From Callorhinchus milii (taxonomy: Eukaryota): 64,000 bases of DNA. The stretch's first letter is position 1. Each line of letters starts with the position of its first letter. Below the pieces are notes generated by a model that ran no database searches, had not been told where the DNA came from, and worked only from the letters and a program-made list of their open reading frames with translations. A program made the position numbers and the translations under genes. Positions 48,801 to 60,800 of this stretch are shown in pieces. Where the stretch lies: the NCBI RefSeq assembly GCF_018977255.1, contig NW_024704743.1, forward strand, positions 54,004,001 to 54,068,000, in the 5' to 3' direction.

Positions 48801-51800
48801 AACTTTGTGAAGCACTCTAAGATGTTTTGACATGAAAACAGCATCAACAAAATTACATTTGTGGAGTGGCTTTCACGCCTGGAGGACTGAACAGTCAGGG
48901 ATCAGGATCTGAGCGTGAGGGGCAGGGTTGGGATAAGCGAGGGCAGAGAGGTTGGAGGGCAGTTGAAAATGCTATATCTATATTCTATATGGATTTAGCA
49001 AATATAGCCAATGCAAGTTCAGAACACTGTTCAAATTGTTTCAAGAGGTATGAAATGGGGCTGGTTGAACCCCACACACTGCCATCTAGTGTTACTGCTA
49101 TACGGAATAAGCAATCAAATTAGAGATCTTCTGCACTAGAAATTCTCAATAAGTGAAGAAGAAATTTCAATTTTTTAACACTGCCCTCAATATTTGTTCT
49201 GCTCATGGATCTAATATAGGTGGGCAGGGGGCTCAAGAGAGTGAGATTTGGCCTCAGTTCCCCTGGGTAAAGGCAAACCTTCAGCCAGGGTTCCCTTTCT
49301 GGTTCACTATCTGTACGTGATACTGTAACTTCTACTCGAAAATATATGTGTGTGGACATCAGCCGGCTGAAATTCCAGGCACCCTTGCTTTTTTTAGTCA
49401 GCCAGGGTTTGTCACATGCAAAATCCCAACATCATGCTTAAGAGGCAGACAGAACTGTGCGGACAGAAATTTCCCTGTATCTGGAAAAATGTACTCTCTC
49501 CCTGGAGGGATGCACCATGCTTACCTAATTCCAGAAAGTATTAGGTGGAGGTTGGCGAGAGCCAAGTCTTGGGGATCCCAGTGTCCATTGTGATACTGCT
49601 GGAGTCTAACCAGCTAAAACTGCATAAGTTGCCATTGAGAATACTGTCATCAAGCAAGCTTCCTGCTGCTTGTCCAGCTAGTTATTTGTAGCAATATTGA
49701 TAGAGTGATTACACTGGAAAGTCGCATTTATTCCTATAGGTAACATAACACAATTGACTATCCAACGTGAAAGGTGCTATATAAATGCAATTTGTTGTTG
49801 TTACCTATTGTATGATGAACTGGAGCTGCACAAGCTAGGAACATGTGCCACAAGCTGATATGTGAATTGGTAACCAGACCAGAATGTGAATTTCCAAATA
49901 CCAATTTCTAGATTTCTTCTTGCAGCTTTAACCTATTTCCTGGTGTGAGGGGAAATCACATAATGGCAGCTCTTCATCAAGGGCAAAATGAAAAGTTTAA
50001 ATATATAAATATATAGATGACCTTTCAGTCATTTTGTTTCATATCCATATACTACAATACTTAGGAGTTTGTAACCTGTGGGGAGGAAGGCCCATCATTT
50101 TTAATTCAATTAATGCAATTTTTAATTGCATTTATATGATGCCTTCGTGTGGGATAGTGTCTCAAAGCACTGATATACATAAACATAAGGGGGAATACTT
50201 ACTTGTGCGCTTCTTTAATTCTCCATGTACAACAACCAGAAACATATACACTTACTCAGCAGTTTTCATGTAGGTTGAATAGCATGACATGCTTTACAGA
50301 TATAATGGAGAACAGCGAGCAGAGTAAGGGGAGATAGAAAGAGGCTGCCCAAAACAAACTGAATAAAATATGTCAGTCTCGAGTCTTCTTGATATTAAGG
50401 AAGTTTGCAAAAGTTTTCATCTCTACAAAGGTGTGGTAGACTTTCCCAGGCATCTGCAATAATCAATCATGATGAATAAACTATTGCACAAAATGTGAAG
50501 GAAAGCTGTTCTAGGGCTGCGTACCTGTCAGTCAGTGGAGTGATCACCAGTCGAGCAGTGTTTCCCAGGTATTCGTAAGAATACTGGAACTGAGCATCAC
50601 AGATGTTGGCAAAGCAATGATTCTGGGCATTGTCCCAGCGATGCCGCAACTGGGAAAGCCAGGCAAAGGCTTGGGAGTTTGTAACCTGTGAGGAGGAAGG
50701 CCCATCATTTTTAATTCACACCTTAGTAAAAAGACAAACAAAAATAAGTACAAAAAAAGATTAGAGAAGCCAGTGCTATCAATGGCCTGCTTATGCGGTT
50801 TTAGTTGGTTAGAGTCCAGTAGTACCTTAACAAACACTCTGAGGTCCCCAAGCCTTAGCTCTTGCCAACCTGCTCCCAATACTCGCCAGAATTAGGGAAG
50901 CAGGGTGTGTCGCTTCAGGGAGAGAGTATATTCCATTCCACACACATAAATTTCCATATGTAGGTGGCATATCTTTATGGAACTCTCGTCTGGTTACGAT
51001 ACTCATGGCGATGGGTTTTTGCATGTGTCAGACATCCGGCTGACCCAAAAAGGGAAGCGATTTACACAACTCAAACCAAAAAGGGAACAAATAATTCACT
51101 CTCTACATGCCTTCTGAGCAATGAGCTTTGTAACAACATCTCGTGCATGGACATCTATAGTACACACAGTCATAATCTTCTGCCGATCTCCTGGTCTCAG
51201 CTCTCCCAGCAGCATGTTGATAAAAGCATTCAGCTGGGCAATCTAGATACAATCATTTAAAAAGTTAGCAATTTTTGGTTGGAGGATTGAAGTACATGTG
51301 AAAAACTACAAACACACACAGCCAGACAAACATACACACATACAGAACCCCACACAGCCAGACAAACATACACAGACATACGCGCGCACACACACACAGT
51401 TTACAACCTTAGTGGCTGAGGCAAACAGTCTCTAACAACAATCAAGTGAAAAAAAATACTTTTAACTTTTTTGCTTAACATTGCTTTCTGTTTCTAGTGT
51501 ATTATGGTGAAGAATTGAAAGAAGGCAGGCTAATGCTTCCATAGAGCTCATTTGTAGGATCTACCTGGAGTCCAGCGCATAAGTCATTGTGTTGGATTCA
51601 ATGAGAATATCAGTAAAAAGTCATTTGATCGCCAAAGGCAACGTACAAACAATTTCAGTCTCGGATAAAAGCATTGGGGATTTGAATAACCTTCACTCAA
51701 TGAATATGACAGACTCCACTCCCTCTTATCTCTTTCAACATCGCTGCACACTTACTGTCACTTTTTCCTCTCTAAACCTTTCAGCAAATTCCCATTCATT

Positions 51801-54800
51801 CTATACCTGACAGTCTCAATCTGCATTGTTAGTTTCTATCTATTGCCATCTTTGAGCACAGACTCTGAACAGTGCAGATTCAATTCATTATCATGTCACA
51901 ATATACAGATGCTCGTTGACATAGCTCCATCTATCTACATGGTCTAGGTAACTTTTTGCCCACAAACTGAAAGCATTCACTAAAAAAGCAACTTTTTTTA
52001 AAAAAAAGCAATTTTGTTCTAAATGCTATCTCGAAACTTAAATCATCATCTCTATCCAGAGCAGAAAGATTCCATTGAAATGAAATCTGACTGCTGACAA
52101 TTTGAGTGTTAACACGCGATGCTAGTGTTCGGTGATTACAGTGTGATTTCCCACTAAAAGATGATAACACCAGGTTTGCTTGCATTAGCAAACGTGCATT
52201 ATTTACCCTATCACCACAATTTTCAGCTTAAAATGATAGTATGAGAAGCAAACAATTCAAACCTGCCTCCAAGTTGTTCATTAAATCTATCCCTAAATCG
52301 TCCAGTAGAATTACAACACAATAAGACAAAAATTACCGTAGAACATTATAGTATGGAAACAGGCCATTCAGCCCAATTAGTCTGTGTCATTGTTTTTACT
52401 CCACATGAGGCTCACCTCCTCCCCCATAACCCAGTATTGCCTTCTCCCTTATTTATATATTATTTTTCCACTTAAATTCATTGATGCTTTCTGATTCAAC
52501 CACAGCTTCTGCCAGTGAGTTCCACATTCTCACCACCCTCTGTGTAAAGAAGTTAATCCTAAACTCTATTTTAGATAATAATCCTTGCATTTGATATAGC
52601 GCCTTATCACGTCTTCGAGATGTCTCAAAGCTCTGCACAGAATATACTGTAAAGTGAATTGACTGTATATTTTGTAGGCGATATGATGCAATATCTCTTA
52701 TATTTATAGCTTTGTTTTGGACTCACCAGGAAGTGGAGTATCATTCAGAAGCAGATGAAATAATTTTTTTATATACATCTCCCGGCCTCGCCTTTTTTTT
52801 CCCCTTTCCCTCAGCTTCTCCACTGATTTTTTCCTCTTCTCTCACTTTATTTGTTCTTTGAAAACACTGGATTTTTTTTAATTACCTGATATTCTACATA
52901 AAACTGAATGATTACACTTGTAAAGAAAACCCAACTGTATTTTCCAATGCCTCCACACACAGAATAAAATACATGGCACTAACCACCTGATATTAAAACA
53001 TGCTTCCCAGCAATCTATATTGTGACTTATTTTTGGTTCAAATTGAAAAGAGCACAACTGGCAACATTGGAAACATTTTCTGTGACAGAGTGGCAGCCTG
53101 GCTCAGCTGGTAACTCTCTCACTTCAGAGTCCGAAGTTTGTGGGTTCAAGCCCCACTTTGGGACTTTGAGCTCCACAGTCTGGGCTGAGACTCCATTGCA
53201 GTGCTGGAGAAGTGTTGCATTGTCAAAGCTGTTGGCCTTTGGATGAGATGTTAACTAAGATCCTGTCTGCCTGTTTAGCTGGACATTAATGATCTCATGG
53301 TACTATTTGAAAAGAGAAGGAAGTTTCTCCCAGTGCTCTGGCCAACAATACCCCAGAGAAAATTGTTCACCAACTTTTTGGGCTTTTCGTGGGGCAATGC
53401 CTCATTTGCTAAAAATGCACAGTCACTACACTTCACAATAATATCCTGTGAGTGCTTTGAGACAAACTCATGATGTGATAATGCACTCTATCGAACGCAA
53501 GGTTCATTATTTATTTCAATGTTGCACAACACTGCTCGAAGTAAATACAATATCCGACCCATAGTAAAAATGCACTGAATGACCAGATGTAAAAAACAAA
53601 TTTAAACCAGAATCCTTCAAAGCATTCTCACTTTAGCTTACGCTCAATTGGTCATTCATCTTATCACTGTCTGTTATTCGTTAAACTCAATCTAGAATTC
53701 TCAGTCCTTTTTTAAGAAGGTCTGAATCGCTCAGTATGTGGCAATTTTGCCTCAGGGTCACATGATTGTGGAAACAAGCCCCACATCATGGCTTGAGCTC
53801 CATAGCCTAGGATAGCAATACAGTATAATATTGGATGAGCGCTGTATTGACTTTCAGAGAAGACATTAACCATTAGGATCCATATGCCTATCCTGGCAGA
53901 TTTGAAAGATCCCTGTACTATTTGCAAAGACAGAGGAGTGTTTCCCAGTGCCTAACTACTTTCAACTATATTCAAAAGTCACCATATTTGAAGGTAGTTA
54001 CTGTGAACAGCTTCTCAACATGATAAAATGCTGTTATAAAGCAAGTCTTCTTTTTAAGTATGGTTGATATGTTAAAATAAAGAAATACTTCAAAATTTAA
54101 ACAAAATGTGAAACTCGTATTCAGCAGCTGAGAGTTAATATCACAAAATACTGCTAGTTTGCCATTTGGTTGCTTGCTCCACCATGAAAAAATGAACTCT
54201 GAACTTTGGCCAAAATCATCAGGAGGAATAATTTATAAAGTAATAAAAATAATAACTCTTTATTTGATGTAGCACTTTTCACTACAGGAGGATATCTCAA
54301 AGCATTTCACAGAATTTATTGCAATGCACAGTAATTGTATTTCGTAGGCGAACACAGCAGACAATTTGCACGTAGCAATGTCTTGCAAACAGCCATGAAG
54401 TCAATTTACCTCTTATGGAGATTTATGAAGTGAATGCTTAGTAAGTGGAAATCTGAGTAGGTCAAAAACAGACAAAATTGCTGTGCTAAGAATGAACTAA
54501 ATGAGCATGGGTGTATGCCAAGATCAGGATTAATTCCAAACCAGTTTAGATCACCTCAAGCAATCAGTACTGCTGGCTTGTGGTAGCACTTCTGTGGCAG
54601 TTTTACTGCAAGTAAGTTAAATTTGCTCCGCCTTTCACTTCAGGCAAACTATATCAGAACCACCATTAAGCTGTTCCACAATTAAATCCGCAAAAAGCCA
54701 GAGGTGTGGTTAGTCTGCAGCTTATGTAGCTGGGGAGTTTGGAGAGTAGGGCATTGGCATAGTCAAGATCATTGCCTCAAGCAATCCAGACTGCAGGATT

Positions 54801-57800
54801 CATTATTCACAAATCTATCTGCAAACCTTACACAGAAACATAGAAACAGGAGTAGGCTATTCAGCCCCTAGAATCTGTTCCGTCATTTTTTAAACATCTT
54901 GGCTGATCTGTACCTAAAGTCGAGTTACCTGCCCTTGCCCCATATCCCTTAATACTCTGACCTAACAAATATCTATCTACCTCTGTCTTGAAAATGTGAA
55001 TGGATCCTGCAAATCAGTATCCGTATCAATGGTTTCTCTGTATTTCATTCGAAAGGAGGAGAAATTGTGTGTCTTCCCAGTTTGTGGCTGAGAGAATAAT
55101 ACTGATTTAAGGTTAATACCTGTGATAGATTTTTTTCTCTCCACTCCAATTTGTTTGCCTTGATCTCTAGTTCTCGAGTGTTTCTCCTTGTTGATCTTTG
55201 ATTGTTTTCAGACTTGTGCTGTGACCATAGACACCCCTCATTTCTCTTTTCTGTGCCCACATCCGTGCCATGACCCGCTCTGCCTTTCCCCACCTCCGCA
55301 ACATCGCCTAGCTCCGCCACTGTCTCTCAACGCAGGCCGCCGAAACACGCATTCATAATATCCAGGCTCGACTATGCAAACTCCCTGCTTGTCGGCCTCC
55401 CCAGCTCCTCCCTCCATAGGCTGCAGATCATCCAGAACTCTGCAGCCTGGGTCCTCTCCTGCACCAGGTTCCGCGACCTGATCACCCCTAACCTTGCCCG
55501 ACTCCACTGGCTTCCCATCACACAGAGGATACAGTTCAAGATCCTGGTCCTCAGCTTCAAAGCCCTCCAGGGCCTTGGTCCCCACTACCTCTGCGACCTC
55601 CTAAACCTCTACCAGCCTACCCTCTGGAACTCCATCCTGCAGTCCCTCCACCTCGCCCCCTCCCTTGCCTCCTTCAAGACCCATCTTAAGACCCATCTCA
55701 AGACCCTCCCCTTTAACCATCTTTTCAATCACTGTTCTTCACCCCCCCGCCCTCCACCCTCTCCGACCCCCAGCTCGGGTCCGAAACACTGACCTGAAAG
55801 GCGCTATACAAATGTAATTTTGTGGTGGTTGTTTTCCTCCCCATTCATTCTTTCCCATTTCATTATGGTTAAAAAAGCAGTCATCATCGACACAATGATG
55901 TCTGTGCTGTAGATTTCTATGGGAAAATGGCTGAGTAAATGGAGTCCTGATGCTGGAAAAAATCATCAGATGTAAATTGTGCTTCTTTCAAGAAACCCTA
56001 ACTAAGTATGTCATGCCATCCATGAGAACTTAGCTGTGAAATGATCTTGAGTCAGACCCGAGGTCTTGCAAGTCAGCACTGTGTACATAGGTTTGCCTAA
56101 AGGAGACGTATTTTACATCTTAGACATTTGTTACGGGATTGAGCTGCCATGTATATTGCCATTTCCCCCGACAACCGCTTTTTCTGAACACCTCTGTTGT
56201 GGCGCACTATTTGTGCCATTACTCAAACTGAACACCTCTGGTTTATATTTGGCTCGATGATCACAGGTAAGTGTAGCCCCAAAGAAATCTCTGCTTATAT
56301 GCACAATTCACAGTGTGCTATGCAGACCCCATGTTTTGGCACCCTTTATAAGCAGGTGGGCTGGTTTTTAAATCCCATGAAAACACTCTTACCCAAAACA
56401 AATGAGGACTGTATTGATGTTGACACTGTACACACACTGAGGACATTTCTTTAGATTTAATAGAGGTATTCAAAATTATGAGGGATATTGATAGAGTAAA
56501 TAGGGAGAAACTGTTTTCATTGGCAGGTGGGTCGGTAACCAGAAGACACAGAATTAAGATAATTGGCAAAAGAACCAGAGGGGGACTAGGAGAATTATTT
56601 TACTCAGAGTTGTTATGATCTGGAATGCACTACCTGAAAGGGTGGTGGAAGCAGATTTGATAGTAGCTTTCAAAAAGGGAATTGGATAAGTATCTAACAA
56701 TTAAAAAATTGCAAAGCTATGGGATAAGAAGAGGAGAATGGACTTGTTAGATAGCTCTTTTAAATAGCCGGCACAGGCAAATGGCCTTCTTCTGTGCTGT
56801 AAGATTCTATGATTCCTTCTTTTTTCGACTTCCCAAAGAAGAAAAGTAGCACCTATTTGGATAATTGGCCTATAAATACACTTCATTCTCATTAGACTTC
56901 ACAGCAAAAGTCCTGTGAAGCATTTTTGAGACATTACGACGATGTGATCAGGTGCTATATCAAATTCAAGAGTTATTATTATTACTGTTGAAGAGTGGAA
57001 TTCTGCAGCTCTGCTCCAGAGGGACCCATTGTACTGTACAAACAGGTTACACCTTTCAAAAGGCCCATCTAAATGCAATGCAATCATTTGCAACTTAGCA
57101 GTTGCTTTACTCTACACAGAGTAAAGAGCTTTAGGGACCACAAATCCTTGAACTGGGTGTAATATTAATCAACCAACCATTGATAGCACAATTCAAAGCT
57201 TTACACTCAACAACTCTGGGACAATGACAGGAGTATTAATCATCTGATTAAAAGGCCATGACAATGTATGCGGCAATTTGCTAAGGATATTTTGGTACCA
57301 TGCCAAGGCACCCACCTGCTGCTAAAATACTGTAAAGCTGGACATTTTATTAGTCTTGATACTTTGACATGTACATTTAACTGCAAGGGAGGGAACATCC
57401 GTAAAACTTATGTAGGTAAATTCAGTAGTTATAAACGGCAACTGATATATCTAAACTTTAATATGGTCCTTAAAATGGCAAAAAAATGTGCAAAACAACG
57501 ACTTGAGAGCATTTCACACGTATGGGGAGGTTTGCGAAAGAAGTGAAATTGATGGATTGGTGCAATGTCAGACACTGATAGATTGCTGAAGTAAACACAT
57601 GGATCAGGACGTCAGAACTCAACAACAACTAATTTCCTCCCACTTGTTACGGGAGGTGGGGGAGAATCTTAGACTCTTTTTGTCAATGTGTTCACATAAT
57701 AAAGTTGCTCAGAAAGATGAAACCATTAAAAGTGTGTCAGGATTAGTTCACTCTCTGTTTGTGAAATATTATTATTAATTCTTTTGGAGATAATGGTATA

Positions 57801-60800
57801 TTTTGCAAAGATTTAAACAAACAGATGGAGTTGAAACATGAAGGTCCGATAACGACAATTCCTTGTGTCAGAAACCTGCTATACTTCAATGTGTTGAATA
57901 CAGTCAGACCCACATTATAACAAAATGGTTGGGGTTCATATCCCACGTTACAACTCATTAAGGCCGCTAGTCAGCATTGCCTGGTCGGCAGGTCACTCCT
58001 GATATCATCAAACTGCACTGCTCGCTGGTAGTAGACAACCACTCTCAAGAGTTTCCAGCAGCTGCTGGGACGTTGAAGGCATCCAAGGCCTGCACACTAT
58101 GTACTGGAGTGTGCCCTACTTTTATACCACATTCCTGTGATGCAACTGTATTATGAATGGATGGACCCACTGTATACCAAAGTCCAGCATAATGGATTCC
58201 ACTATTTCCACCATTTTCAGGCAATTCACAACAGGATTTGCATTAATATCGCACCCTTCACATGGGGCAGCGACCGAAGCGCTGTACAATGACATAGTTT
58301 GACACCAGACCATGGAGAAAGAGATCACCATAAGCACAGCCAAAGAGTAAAATCTTCAGGAGTGATCTGAAGTCAGGGAAGAGGAGGCAAGGCAGAGGGA
58401 TTGAATAATAATAATAATCCTTGCATTTGATATACTGCTTTTCACATCTTCCAGACGTCTCAAAGCGCTTCACAGAATAGACTGTAAAGTGAACTGCCTG
58501 TATATTTGTGGGCGAAATGCGGCAGCCAATTGCGCACAGCAGTGTCCCACAAACAGTCGTGGATTGAAATGAATAATTTATTGTTGTTTTTTTTTCTTGA
58601 GGGATTATTATCAGGCATGTGGAGTAAGGAAACTTGCCCAAGGTTTCACCCTGCCGGGAATCGAACCCAGGTCTCTCGCTTGCAAAGTGAGTGCTCAAAC
58701 CACCGATCTACAGGACTCCCTGAAGCAGGGAGTTAGGGTCGTAGCGCTCCTGCCTCTGAGTCAGAAAGTTGTGGATTCAAGCCCCATGTTGGGACTTTGA
58801 TTTCATATTGTCTAGTGTGACACTCTATACAATTCTGGGGTGGGGGAGGGGGTTGTTGTGTGTCGGAGGTGCTGCCCTTCATATGAGTCATTAAACTGTT
58901 TTGTCTAGTGTCCTGACCAACAATTCCCCGCCAAAAAAATTAGCTATGCACATCGTGGTTCTTTGTGGGTCATTGTTGCCACATTTGTCTACAAAATACA
59001 GTCACTGTACTTTACAGTATTTACTGTGAAGTGATTTGAGGCGCCCTCCTGACTTGAAAGGTGCTATATCAAATACAAGGTTCATTTTTTTTAAAATTAA
59101 GAACCAACAGGGCCAGCTGATAGCACATGCAGATGAATATCAAATCTCAACACTGGTAATGACGTAACCAATGTCACCGAAAACATTTGAAACCTGAGAA
59201 ATGTTCTCCACATCAGCCCCAGAGCGAATTCTCAGTCCCAGGCTGGAAACTGACAATCCAGTGCAGATGGTCCTCAAGCAGGGACTGTGTACTAAAACTG
59301 AGACCAAGCAACGGCACTTCATAAACCACTATCCACATGATGATTTTTTCCTTTTCACATGGATGTAACAGAACGTGTCAGCAGATAAGTTCTAATAAGC
59401 CTTTTCTTTTCACAACTGAAACAGTGCAGGCTAAATTATAAAATGGTAATAAATGTGCTGCGTAGTCTTTTATTTTTGTGACATTTTCCGATGACCAACT
59501 TTGCAGACTGTATTGTTTGTGGAACTGCTGGTCTTCAGTTGACTACATTTGTACTGTTACAATACCTTAATATTCCAAGTTTATGTATTTATCTTAGGAC
59601 TGTTATATATACTCTCTTGTTAATTGGTTGTTTTCTCCCTACAAAAAAGTCATTATATTTCACAGTAATTACTGTGAGACATTTCAATGTTAAAACTGCA
59701 ATAAGAATCCCAACACTTTCTTTCTTCAATCTGCAGGCATAAGATAGAAATTCCAAGTGTAGCACACTGTATTATTACCCTGTCCATTCACCTCTAATGT
59801 GTCACAGGGAAGTGGGGGAAAAAGGAGGCCTCAATGTTAAGTAATGAGAGACAGAAGACTCACAGACATTCCACTTCAACTACTAGTCTATAGTCTAGTC
59901 ATTCAAGTCGGTATAATAATAAAATAATCTTTGCACTTGATATAGTACTTTTCACGTCTTCTAGATGTCTCAAAGCGCTCAACACAATATACTGTAAAGT
60001 GTAATAATACTGTAAAGTGAATTGACTGTATATTTGTTGGCGAAACACAGCAGCCAATTGCGCAGAGCAGTGTCCCACAAACAGTCGTGGATTGAAGTGA
60101 CCAATTTTTTATTATTGTGTTTTTTTTTCCTTGAGGTATTATTGTCAGGCGTCATTAGGACAGTGGATGATGATGTCAGGCGTCACTAGGACAGCGGTTG
60201 AGCGGGCGGGGGGGGCACAGTAGGATCAGTTTTCTGGAGGGATGAGATCAGGTGGGCTGAAGGAACCTTCTTATTCCAGCCTAATCTTGTGACTTTGTAA
60301 TATTCTCCAGAATTAGGTAAGCAGGATGCATCCCTCAAGGAAGAGAGTGCATATTCCATTTCAGACATAGGGACATTTCAATGTGTAGGTGGCACACATA
60401 TGTGGAACTTTGTCTGGTTTGGATACTCTTAAGTATGGTAATGGACTTCTGCATGTGTCAAATACCCAGTTGGTCAAAAATGATGTTGTAGTATATAAGG
60501 TCCTCAAAATCTTTCTGCAGCATTGCATCCCTTTAACATAGTGGGTTGCTGTTGTACATATAGTAATAATAATAATCCTTGCATTTGATATAGCGCTTTT
60601 CACGTCGGGAGGATGTCCCAAAGCGCTTCACAGAATACACTGTAAAGTGAATTGACTGTATATTTGTGGGCGAACGCGGCAGCCAATTGCGCACAGCAAT
60701 GTCCCACACAAACCGTCGTAGATTGAAAATGACCAATTTATTATTGTTTTTGGTTTTGGAGGGATTATCATTAGTATTAACAGATTCACACACCACCCCT

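Noticed and set aside
60143..60197. 24-bp direct repeat tgtcaggcgtca(t/c)taggacag(t/c)gg
   Set aside because: Only two units, at the 5' truncation junction of a SINE; best explained as an insertion or repair by-product
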